A DNA stretch of 64,000 nt from a virus. The stretch's first letter is position 1, and each line of letters opens with the position of its first letter. The notes under the pieces were generated by a model. The model saw only the letters and a list, made by a program, of their open reading frames with translations, did not search any database and had not been told where the DNA came from. Position numbers and translations under genes: made by a program. Positions 27,529 through 36,315 of the stretch are shown here, one piece after another. Location: positions 1 to 64,000 of the IMG/VR virus record IMGVR_UViG_3300045988_017048. One strand, written 5' to 3'.

Positions 27529-28295
27529 ATCAGCATCATTATGTCATCAATATTGTCAATAAGGCATTCATTCAGTGCATCATTAGAGCAGGTAGATGGA
27601 GTAGGTTTAATAGGTTCTATAAAGAACTTATTGAAATTATCTACTATGACCTTTACTTTCCTGTCCTCCAGATTATTGCTGAAATTGTGATTGCTTCTTG
27701 GGAAACTTATATCCCTACTTGTATAACAGGGAATCAATTTCTTAATGATACCTTTATTAATCAACTTATCAGGCTCTAAGAATACTTTGGGACTGACATG
27801 GCACACAGGTCTGTAATAGACCATAGTATTACCATTGTTCTCAGTATGTACACTTCTTGCAGTTAATGTACATAATAGTAATGGAGTGTAGCTCTCATCA
27901 AAGATGATACCTTTACCACCATAATACACTTCACCCTTATTGGTAATTATCTTCTGCAATCTTTTACCATATTCTACATTAGCAAATAATTGAACCATGA
28001 TACTACCAAAGGTTCTTCTCTCTTGGCTTGGTGCATTATCATATAATGGCAGTATTATCTTCTTGACTCCCATAATTGTAGGATGAGCCAAATTATCTGA
28101 GACCACCTTTTCAAAGTGTCTTCTTGCAATCACAGGTATCTCTACCTCATCATTGTTTACTTCAATGACAAGACTTCTTCTAAATACATTGTTACTATCA
28201 AGAGACAGACTCATTTCAAGCTGGTCTGGATTATCAGATTCATTGTTATCAAAAACACCCATTACATTATATACAAATCTTGGGCTAAATTCCAT
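27525..28295 (-). CDS. Hypothetical protein (256 aa), last gene of the E1/JAB operon
   Basis: ATG shares a base with the E1-like stop (TAATG); its end overlaps the ung start by 4 nt. Confidence 0.7.
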   Translation of the reverse strand: MEFSPRFVYNVMGVFDNNESDNPDQLEMSLSLDSNNVFRRSLVIEVNNDEVEIPVIARRHFEKVVSDNLAHPTIMGVKKIILPLYDNAPSQERRTFGSIMVQLFANVEYGKRLQKIITNKGEVYYGGKGIIFDESYTPLLLCTLTARSVHTENNGNTMVYYRPVCHVSPKVFLEPDKLINKGIIKKLIPCYTSRDISFPRSNHNFSNNLEDRKVKVIVDNFNKFFIEPIKPTPSTCSNDALNECLIDNIDDIMMLI

Positions 28296-29428
28296 TATAC
28301 TTCAGTTTTAAAATACATTATTTCTGCATTATATGTGGTAAGGAATGGCAAGTCTCTGTCAATGACAGGCTCACATTGATTAGCACAGAAGTTTACAAAC
28401 AAATTAACCATATAAGATGCAATCATATTTGCACAGAAGGTAGTTTGTTTATAGGAGCAGATAGTTTCATCAGCTTCTGCATCAGAGAATAGGAACTCAT
28501 TATTGTACCTATTGATGTTGTACTCATCATCTCCCTTAATACACAATACCTGAAACTCTTCTGCTGCTAATCTGCCATCAATAAACAAGCAATTCTTTCT
28601 CTCCTCTTCTGGTTTGGATTGAACATGATTTACCCATTTATTAAAGAAAATTCTTCTTGCTGCCATGCTATCAAAGCCACAAATCATGATGTCTGATGCC
28701 TCAGACTCATCAGTGAATCTTTCACTTATTGCAAAGACACTACTATAGCCAGCATAGTTCCTAATCATCTCAGCCAGTGCAGATACCTTAGGTCTACCTA
28801 AATCAGATTGACCATATAACTGACCTGACATATTGACAGCTTCTACTATATCATTATCATAGATAAACATGGAAGCTGGCTTCATTCTTGCCAATAAAAA
28901 GCCCACATAACTACCAATACCACCTACACCTGCCAAAATGACAGTCTTCTTTTGAATGTTCTCATACCAAATGGCAGAACTGAACCTACTTGTAGCTTCA
29001 TCCACAAGCAAAGTTGCAGAGTTTGTAGGTATCTCTTGGTGTGCATCTTCTACAGCTTGGTCAAGGATAGCTTGCTCTTCCTCTGAAAGTTCAAAACTAA
29101 TACTATCACCATTATCTTCTACAGAGCTGCCTGTCCTCATAGCCCAAGCCTCTTCAATTAAACTCTTGAAGTGTTCATTGACAAAGATACTTGTTACACC
29201 TTCAGTGTCACTATATACAATTTTATAGGTATTAGGTACACCATCCAAACCAACAACATTGAGAGAGGTAATATCACCCATTCTAATACCATTAAGAACA
29301 TTATTGGTAGTGCTAATGTCAGCATATCCTACCTCATGATATTCACGAACATTATCCTCATTAATACTTTCCATAAGGGAATTGTAAGCTTCAGTTGCTT
29401 CTTGTGGAATTGTTACTTCTTCATTCAT
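28295..29428 (-). CDS. E1/ThiF/MoeB-like adenylyltransferase domain protein
   Basis: C-terminal Rossmann domain: KKTVILAGVGGIGSYVGFLLARM (GxGxxG), IYDNDIVEAVNMSGQ, DLGRPKVSALAEMI; N-terminal ~150 aa unknown; ATGA overlap with the JAB gene. Confidence 0.7.
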   Translation of the reverse strand: MNEEVTIPQEATEAYNSLMESINEDNVREYHEVGYADISTTNNVLNGIRMGDITSLNVVGLDGVPNTYKIVYSDTEGVTSIFVNEHFKSLIEEAWAMRTGSSVEDNGDSISFELSEEEQAILDQAVEDAHQEIPTNSATLLVDEATSRFSSAIWYENIQKKTVILAGVGGIGSYVGFLLARMKPASMFIYDNDIVEAVNMSGQLYGQSDLGRPKVSALAEMIRNYAGYSSVFAISERFTDESEASDIMICGFDSMAARRIFFNKWVNHVQSKPEEERKNCLFIDGRLAAEEFQVLCIKGDDEYNINRYNNEFLFSDAEADETICSYKQTTFCANMIASYMVNLFVNFCANQCEPVIDRDLPFLTTYNAEIMYFKTEV

Positions 29429-30633
29429 AATATTAAATATTTTTGAAGTACATCAATATACCCTTTGATATAATCATTTTCAGGGAGTTTTGTAAGCTCC
29501 TCTATCATATCATGGGCACAAATAGCACAAATTTCTGTTTCATCAAAGCCAAGCTCTTCTAATTTCTCATCTGTCGTATACCATGTAAGATAATCTGCAT
29601 AGGTATCTGCCCACACTTTGAAATTTTTCATGCCTTCTTCACCCTTACCAAATCTCTTTTCATACAGTGTAGGCATTGACTTAACCCATTTAGGAATATC
29701 AATCTTACTATCATTAGGGATAATAATACTGCCTGTAATCAATTGGAGTACAAGAGATTTCAAAGTAGCTCTATCAAATGTCACCTGACCATAGGGCAGA
29801 CTATAGTTATCATCAAATGGCAAGTCATCTGTATTATCAAAGAGAGTTGGCTGAACCACCTTAGGCTTATTAGCTTCCTTCTTGACAAGATTTGCTGGAC
29901 CTGCCTTTGTATCATGGGAATTAGCAATAATAGGCTTATAACCACCCTGATATACAGGTGTCTGTACTTTCTTGGCTTTCTCTGCCTTAGCTTGCTTAAT
30001 TCCCTCAAGTCTTGCTGCCATGTCTGGAAAGGAATAATTCTCACCTTCTTTCTCTATTTTAAGGTAGAACCATTCAATTTCATCTGCATCACTTACATAT
30101 TCCTTAGTATCCTGCTTTTCACCATCACCAAAGAACTCATAAGATACAGACTCCATGACCTGCTTTGACTTGATTCTCCTTGTGATTGCAGCAGTATAAG
30201 TACCTGCATTATTCACAATAAGAGATACAAAATTGTTCCTATCCCTGCCTTCTTCCTTTAGAGTAGCAGTATCTGTTCCACTAAAGAAAGTGCTCATATT
30301 GTTATGGGAATGTATAAGGCCCATCTGACAATCAAGCAGTTCAGGATTTTCACACATATAGGATATTACATCAGGATTCATATCAAACTCTGTATAGGCT
30401 TGAGTACCAATATCCATAATGTAAATATCCACACATCTTATTACAAGGTCGTCATTTTCAAATGAGCCTTCATGTGTAAAGAATAATGTGCCTGACCATT
30501 CAGTACTCCACACTTTTTGGCAGACAAATCTTATCTTTCTCTCCACTTCTGCTGGGATAATCAGCTTATAATTATAGGTACCTGACTTCTGTACCAAGCT
30601 GATTACTTTCGTGGGTTGCTTTATTTCTTCCAT
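29425..30633 (-). CDS. JAB/MPN (JAMM) metalloprotease domain protein
   Basis: Exact JAMM spacing HSH-NNMSTFF-SGTD (HxH-x7-S-xx-D) in the N-terminal ~160 aa; C-terminal ~240 aa unknown. Confidence 0.7.
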   Translation of the reverse strand: MEEIKQPTKVISLVQKSGTYNYKLIIPAEVERKIRFVCQKVWSTEWSGTLFFTHEGSFENDDLVIRCVDIYIMDIGTQAYTEFDMNPDVISYMCENPELLDCQMGLIHSHNNMSTFFSGTDTATLKEEGRDRNNFVSLIVNNAGTYTAAITRRIKSKQVMESVSYEFFGDGEKQDTKEYVSDADEIEWFYLKIEKEGENYSFPDMAARLEGIKQAKAEKAKKVQTPVYQGGYKPIIANSHDTKAGPANLVKKEANKPKVVQPTLFDNTDDLPFDDNYSLPYGQVTFDRATLKSLVLQLITGSIIIPNDSKIDIPKWVKSMPTLYEKRFGKGEEGMKNFKVWADTYADYLTWYTTDEKLEELGFDETEICAICAHDMIEELTKLPENDYIKGYIDVLQKYLIL

Positions 30634-31888
30634 ATCTATAATTTAACACTTTAAGTATTGTTGCTAATATGTATAGTGCAGTATGAGTATTAAGAATTAT
30701 ACTCTTATTCTCATTCCTCACCTCAGCAATATCTGTAATATTAACAGTAATCTCTTTTCCCTTGAACATGCAAACTTTTTTGCCTATATATTGAATATAA
30801 TCATCCACATTGTTCAAGCCCCTATCATAGTAAATCTTCCCATTATCTATGACACATTCTTTTAAGACATCTCTCCTCTTCAATTCTGCAAACTCAGTAG
30901 TTAGCTCCTTCTTATTGAACTGGTCATTATACCACTTAATAAATTCATTGCTAATAAGTACAATAAACTCAATGAGTGACATACCAATAGAATAAGAGCC
31001 ATTTATATAATTGAATTTAAGTTTCTTTGAATTGATAAAGCTTCTTACAAATTTCCTCAACTTATCAGAACTAAGGGCACTTCCATAGTTATAGTGGTTT
31101 GATGACAGATATGTAACAAACCTATCTACACCCATCTCCATGTTATCAGTACCTAGCTTTTCCAAATAATTATAAGGTCTGCCAGCAATGGATTCTACAG
31201 TTACATACTTACTTAGCTCAAGACAAAACATATTCCACATATCCCCATCATAGTCCCTATTGAGGGCACTAATAGTACCATTGATGGGACCACTGCCTGT
31301 GCAAGGACTCTGAAAATTGGTAAAGTCATCTTTAGGAATCCTACTGATATGACTGTGCATATATCCACTGCTAAAGTGAAGCATAGTATATTCTGACCTG
31401 TTAAGTCTAAATCCACCATTCAATGTATTCAATGTGCCATCATACATTACTTTCACCTTAGCCCACAGATGGTTAATATCCACAAATCTGTCATGCTCAT
31501 TAGTTACTCTTACATGAGGAAAATGTACAAGAATGAATATGTCATTGAACTTAGCATTACCAATTCTTTCCTTTACTATAGTATTTGCAAACGCACTTAC
31601 AACCTTTTCTACTTGGTCTGTAGGTAAATCAGTAATAGCCTGTGCTTCATACATGCTCCAGTCATTCCTGTTCATGCTTACAATATGCCTATCGGGAATA
31701 TAAGTAGATAAAGACTCTATATTCATCCAAGATTTGAACTTATCCAAACTCCAATATCCTTGCATATCAATTCTATCTTCCCCAAAGAAATCATTGAATA
31801 TGCCCAATACTCGGAGTGGCTTGTCCATCAAGGAGTTATATAGTTCTTCTATCTTTTCCTCAATTAATTTAATTGTTTCTTCACTCAT
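30572..31888 (-). CDS. Hypothetical protein (438 aa), first gene of the E1/JAB operon
   Basis: ORF overlaps the JAB gene start by 62 nt; contains GYMHSHI...FQSPCTGSGPI; no fold assigned. Confidence 0.7.
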   Translation of the reverse strand: MSEETIKLIEEKIEELYNSLMDKPLRVLGIFNDFFGEDRIDMQGYWSLDKFKSWMNIESLSTYIPDRHIVSMNRNDWSMYEAQAITDLPTDQVEKVVSAFANTIVKERIGNAKFNDIFILVHFPHVRVTNEHDRFVDINHLWAKVKVMYDGTLNTLNGGFRLNRSEYTMLHFSSGYMHSHISRIPKDDFTNFQSPCTGSGPINGTISALNRDYDGDMWNMFCLELSKYVTVESIAGRPYNYLEKLGTDNMEMGVDRFVTYLSSNHYNYGSALSSDKLRKFVRSFINSKKLKFNYINGSYSIGMSLIEFIVLISNEFIKWYNDQFNKKELTTEFAELKRRDVLKECVIDNGKIYYDRGLNNVDDYIQYIGKKVCMFKGKEITVNITDIAEVRNENKSIILNTHTALYILATILKVLNYRYGRNKATHESNQLGTEVRYL

Positions 31889-31894
31889 ATTACT

Positions 31895-31939
31895 GTAAAA
31901 AAAGTAGGTAAGGGGGCATTTCTAACCTCCTTACCTACT
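31895..31939 (-). terminator. Intrinsic terminator (hairpin usable in both orientations) after the 246-aa gene
   Basis: Stem AGTAGGTAAGG/CCTTACCTACT (31903-13 / 31929-39) flanked by an A run on one side and a T run on the other. Confidence 0.6.
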
Positions 31940-31952
31940 TACTTGTTTTTTT

Positions 31953-32693
31953 TTAATTGACTCCCATTCCTGTGAACATATCATCAATCTCATCATCAGA
32001 GTAAGGAGAAGCTGACTTAGGCTTATACTCCTCAGAAGGTGCAGCACTTACTGCAACTTCACTTCCAAGGATGCCAAGCACTTCCTCTTTCTCATACTCC
32101 TCAATTGTGCCATTGTTCTCAAGAATTTCCACCAACTTATTGATAGCAGTTCTTGCTACAATATCAACACACTCACCACCTTTACTTGCAGGTGCTACAG
32201 AGGCACTTACTTTAGGAGTGTTTACAGGTGCTTCTACCTTTTCCTCCTTTTTAGTCTCAGCCTTAGTCTCAGCTTTAGGGGCAGGCTTTAAAGCATCATT
32301 GTTCTGTACCAATGCAATAAGGTCAGCAGTCTTACACATAGTGAAGTTCTTACCAAACTTCTTTACACAAGCATCCTGCAAACCCATAGACTTGATAGCA
32401 TTATATGCCTCAGTTCTGCTCATTGCTCCTGACCTAATCTTCTTATTGGTGTTAGTAAGCATGAAAACCAACTCATTGGTGATAGTTCCCTTGTAAGGAA
32501 CATCATGAGGAAGAACTGAAGCATCATTCTTCAATTCAACCTTTGATGTACCCTCAAAGAAGGTCATACCATCATAGTCAATACCATTGGCTCTCAAGTC
32601 ACTCTTCAACTCAGCAAGAGTCGTGGCTGCTGACATAATAACACTCTTCTTCTGATTCTTAGTCTGTACGACTGTAATTTTTCTCGCTTCCAT
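31953..32693 (-). CDS. Hypothetical protein (246 aa) with Ala/Lys/Pro-rich linker and acidic C-terminal tail
   Basis: ORF with A-rich leader and its own terminator; C-terminus SDDEIDDMFTGMGVN resembles acidic tails of phage ssDNA-binding proteins. Confidence 0.7.
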   Translation of the reverse strand: MEARKITVVQTKNQKKSVIMSAATTLAELKSDLRANGIDYDGMTFFEGTSKVELKNDASVLPHDVPYKGTITNELVFMLTNTNKKIRSGAMSRTEAYNAIKSMGLQDACVKKFGKNFTMCKTADLIALVQNNDALKPAPKAETKAETKKEEKVEAPVNTPKVSASVAPASKGGECVDIVARTAINKLVEILENNGTIEEYEKEEVLGILGSEVAVSAAPSEEYKPKSASPYSDDEIDDMFTGMGVN

Positions 32694-32732
32694 GTTTTCA
32701 CTTTTTTTTTATAAATTGAACTTATTGAAACT

Positions 32733-33773
32733 TTAATCTATACAAAAGGGCAAATCATTCCAATCATTGTCCTCTTGTCTTGAAGGGTTAAATAAAGGCT
32801 TGATTATTCTAAGGAACTCATCTTTGCCCTTAGCCTTATACAAGTCTGAAATATCCTTCCCTTCATTAAAGGATGGTAATACTACATTAGTAAAACCTGT
32901 TTCCTCAGCTAATTTCTGGGCATCTTTCAATCCTGGCTCATCATTATCCAAGCAAATGAAGACTTGTTTATATCTTCTTTTCAGTTCACTAATTGCAGTA
33001 TCACTCATTCTATATCCCTCGCCTTGAATGGCAAGAGATGGAATACCTGTATTAGCCCATAGACATAGTGCATCCTTCAGTGATGAACATATACATACTC
33101 TGTCTCCATACGAAGGAACTTTAGTCCACAGGCTTATTACAGAATTGTCATGCTTGTTACTCCACTTATAACCAGCTTTATTGAAAGGCTGATATATCTT
33201 TAGAGTAACTTTACCTTCCTTGTGTTCTACATAAGCATAGGCATACTTATCAGCCCCAAACACATATCTATGACCATCTTTTATGATAATCTTATGAGAT
33301 ATAGGGTAAACCTCTGCATACTTGAGCCATTCCAAAGTTATACCATAGGATGACCAATATTCAATGTCATAACTTCTCCAATCTCTGACTTTGCACTGCA
33401 AGTCTGTATCTTTATTGTAACTGTTTGTATTTCTTACAGCACAGGGAGTGTATGAATGAATATTGGCACCACCACAGAACTTTGAAATGTCTTCATTAAC
33501 CCTTGTTAGAGTACTGATATAGTCAGTACCCCACATATGACCAAGAAGGTCAAATAAGCCTCCTCTATCCCTCGTGGATAAGTCTGTATAAAATATTCTT
33601 CTACCATCAGTAGAATAAAGACCAAAAGAGGGTCTTCTATCCTGTCTAAGGGGACTGTTAATTATGCACGGAACCTCTGTGACTCCTAAGTAATATGACA
33701 GAATGTCTGCTTCTGTCACTTTACTTAGAATATCATCAAGGCTCACAGAAGATTTACCTTTGCTGAATGCCAT
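32733..33773 (-). CDS. DnaG-like (TOPRIM) DNA primase
   Basis: Degenerate Zn-finger region SPLRQDRRPSFGLY; TOPRIM motifs ICSSLKDAL and ICLDNDEPG. Confidence 0.7.
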   Translation of the reverse strand: MAFSKGKSSVSLDDILSKVTEADILSYYLGVTEVPCIINSPLRQDRRPSFGLYSTDGRRIFYTDLSTRDRGGLFDLLGHMWGTDYISTLTRVNEDISKFCGGANIHSYTPCAVRNTNSYNKDTDLQCKVRDWRSYDIEYWSSYGITLEWLKYAEVYPISHKIIIKDGHRYVFGADKYAYAYVEHKEGKVTLKIYQPFNKAGYKWSNKHDNSVISLWTKVPSYGDRVCICSSLKDALCLWANTGIPSLAIQGEGYRMSDTAISELKRRYKQVFICLDNDEPGLKDAQKLAEETGFTNVVLPSFNEGKDISDLYKAKGKDEFLRIIKPLFNPSRQEDNDWNDLPFCID

Positions 33774-33788
33774 TTGTTTTTTTTCTAA

Positions 33789-34742
33789 TTATTTCTTACC
33801 AAAATCCCAAGGTGTACTACCAGCATCATTGCCAGGAGGGAAAGGCATATCACCTGCTGCACCAGAGTTACTGAGGTCTGTAGACTCTACATCATACTCC
33901 TTCAAATCATCTACAATAAACTCAGTAGTAGGATATACACCAGCAGCCTTCTTTTCCTGCAAGTTTTCATCCAACTTACTGTAATCAGTGGTATTGTTCC
34001 TTAAGAACATCTGATTATAAACAGCCTGATACTGCTTGTTATCATCAGTGGTTCTTACACCAAACAATACCTTAACCTTGTTATTAGGCTGCAATGCAAT
34101 AACATCTCTCAGCTCCTTGAAATTACCCTTGAAGTACTCAGCAATACTCTCAAGTCTTGCTTCACAATCCTCAGGGTTGTCTACCATAACCCAAGTATTA
34201 TTGACATACTTCATTACATTAGGAATGCCAAGATATGCCTTGATGAATTTGGTAAGTTCCTCCTCACCCTGATAAGCAGGTCTATAATCCTTGTCAATGT
34301 TGGCAGGACCATTCTTATATATAGGAATCTCATGTGCTCTAGCCTGCTCTATAGTAACCCAAGCAGTTCTACCATACTTGTCAATTACCTGTACCTTAGT
34401 TTGGCCTTTATTATATCTGTATTCATTCCTGATGAAGAAAGCTACCTTAGTAGTAAACTCAATACCACCACAGTTCTCAGCATCAGTCTTAACAATGAAG
34501 TCAAGTCTGACAGTCTGTACCTTGTGCTTGTCCTCACCTACCTCAACCTCACTCAAATATTCAGGGTCATTTTCAAGCTGGGTATTATAAAGTTTCTCTA
34601 ACTCTGCCTTGTTAGGATTTATAGCCAAAACAAATACAGGAGCTACACCTATATATCTCTTTACTGCATTGCCTTCCTTGCTCTCTGTTCCTTTACTAAA
34701 TGCCATGAAAGCATATCCAACTTTTTTATTATTCTCACTCAT
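33789..34742 (-). CDS. Putative ssDNA-binding protein
   Basis: Lies between the primase and ATPase/helicase genes; C-terminal tail GDMPFPPGNDAGSTPWDF resembles SSB tips; assignment is by context only. Confidence 0.35.
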   Translation of the reverse strand: MSENNKKVGYAFMAFSKGTESKEGNAVKRYIGVAPVFVLAINPNKAELEKLYNTQLENDPEYLSEVEVGEDKHKVQTVRLDFIVKTDAENCGGIEFTTKVAFFIRNEYRYNKGQTKVQVIDKYGRTAWVTIEQARAHEIPIYKNGPANIDKDYRPAYQGEEELTKFIKAYLGIPNVMKYVNNTWVMVDNPEDCEARLESIAEYFKGNFKELRDVIALQPNNKVKVLFGVRTTDDNKQYQAVYNQMFLRNNTTDYSKLDENLQEKKAAGVYPTTEFIVDDLKEYDVESTDLSNSGAAGDMPFPPGNDAGSTPWDFGKK

Positions 34743-34771
34743 ATTCTTATTTTTTTTTAGTTTCTAATTAA

Positions 34772-35254
34772 TTACTCTCCAAGAGACAGTCTGCTATCAG
34801 CCTCTGCATCATTAAAGGAGTTAGTAGGGTCAAAAGGAGCCTTTTCACCAGCCTTTACTTCTGTCTCAGGTGCCTTCTCAGTGTCATCTACCATCTCAAA
34901 GTCAATATTTTCAACCTCAGGCTCTTCTACATGGATTTCATATACATTAGCCTCCTCATTGAATACTACTGTACCAGCCTTAGGCTCATACTTAGTAACC
35001 TTTACAGGCTTACCATCCTTATCAACCTTACCAGTATCTTCTACCTTCTTGACAACCAAGTCTTCACTTGTGAAGCCACCTGTCAAAGCCTTGACACCCA
35101 TCTCATGTCCCTCAATCTCCTCAGTCAGAGCATTATACTCTGCATTGAGTTCATCAATCTTGGCAGCAATCTTGTTCTTCTTTACTACCAAGGGATTAAC
35201 ATTCTGTGCAATTCTTTTTACACCTGCAAACTGTCTTACTGTTAATGTCTTCAT
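34772..35254 (-). CDS. Hypothetical protein (160 aa)
   Basis: ORF in operon, acidic C-terminal half. Confidence 0.65.
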   Translation of the reverse strand: MKTLTVRQFAGVKRIAQNVNPLVVKKNKIAAKIDELNAEYNALTEEIEGHEMGVKALTGGFTSEDLVVKKVEDTGKVDKDGKPVKVTKYEPKAGTVVFNEEANVYEIHVEEPEVENIDFEMVDDTEKAPETEVKAGEKAPFDPTNSFNDAEADSRLSLGE

Positions 35255-35265
35255 AATTGTTTCTT

Positions 35266-35529
35266 TTAATATATTAAAATAACTTTGTTATTATTACTTA
35301 ATCTAAATACATTGTACTTGGTAATATAATAATCAATTGCAGTTAAATAGAAATTAAGAGTTATTTGTATTGGTAATTGGGATAGTGTTTTAATAAACAA
35401 ATCAATCTTACTTTTCTCTTTACCTTTTTCCAATAAGAACTCTTCTAACATCTGTAACTGACTATTCATATTAAATGGTGTAATACCATATATTTGATTA
35501 CCAAGTTCTATTGTCTTCTCTCTATCCAT
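35266..35529 (-). CDS. Hypothetical protein (87 aa)
   Basis: ORF in operon. Confidence 0.55.
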   Translation of the reverse strand: MDREKTIELGNQIYGITPFNMNSQLQMLEEFLLEKGKEKSKIDLFIKTLSQLPIQITLNFYLTAIDYYITKYNVFRLSNNNKVILIY

Positions 35530-36292
35530 AAATCTCTCTCAATTTATCTACTACTATAGATAAATCATTAGGAATCTCATCAGGAAGGTCATCCAATGCA
35601 CCAAGGCTGTCTTTAGCAGGATATTCTCCATCAAACTCCTTTACAAAGTGCTTGATAGGTCTCTTGTTTTCTGCATCATATCCTACCTTGCCAAAGAGGA
35701 TAATATCAAATTTCCCTTCTGGTGTGATGTAATCATCCACCATCTTTCCAGTAGTCTTAAACTTATAGGAAATAGAGTCTCCATTCTTATCCTTATACTC
35801 CTCATAGTGGGCACAGCAGATAATGTTCTTATTCTCAGGAAGACCCTTAAAGGCATCAAAGATAAGACCCATTCCATAGCCAATCTGCTTAGGAGTATCC
35901 CATCCACCCTTCATGGCATTAGCCATATAGAAATCCTGTGCAAGATAATTGAAATCATCAATCACAATATTCTTGAAAGGAGACTTCTTCAGCATATCTA
36001 TGAGTTCTGCTATCACTGCAAACCTATCAAGACCTGTAAGACTATCTACCTGTACCCTGTTACCTGTACCAAGGGCATTTGTATTTGTAAGTTTCTGTGT
36101 AGGCTTACCTACATTCTCTATCCCAATGCTACCCTCAATTAGTTTGAAGTTAGGGTTAGGAACACCCCTACCAATACACTGGATAACATAAGTTTCCTTT
36201 GGGTCAAGCCCCTTAATACCTAACTTCTCCCTACCACAGTAGGAAGTAGTCTTTCCAAAACCACTTTTTGCAAGAACTAAAATCTTTGCCAT
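35522..36292 (-). CDS. P-loop ATPase (RecA-fold, Sak4-like)
   Basis: Walker A LAKSGFGKTTS at the N-terminus; Walker B-like NIVIDDFNYL. Confidence 0.55.
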   Translation of the reverse strand: MAKILVLAKSGFGKTTSYCGREKLGIKGLDPKETYVIQCIGRGVPNPNFKLIEGSIGIENVGKPTQKLTNTNALGTGNRVQVDSLTGLDRFAVIAELIDMLKKSPFKNIVIDDFNYLAQDFYMANAMKGGWDTPKQIGYGMGLIFDAFKGLPENKNIICCAHYEEYKDKNGDSISYKFKTTGKMVDDYITPEGKFDIILFGKVGYDAENKRPIKHFVKEFDGEYPAKDSLGALDDLPDEIPNDLSIVVDKLREIYG

Positions 36293-36315
36293 TGTTTTTG
36301 TTTTATATGTTACTT

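Noticed and set aside
30572-30633. The 62-nt overlap between the 438-aa ORF and the JAB ORF as a possible programmed frameshift or fusion.
   Set aside because: - No slippery heptamer was seen in the overlap.
- Both ORFs have their own ATG.
- Simple overlap with translational coupling is sufficient.
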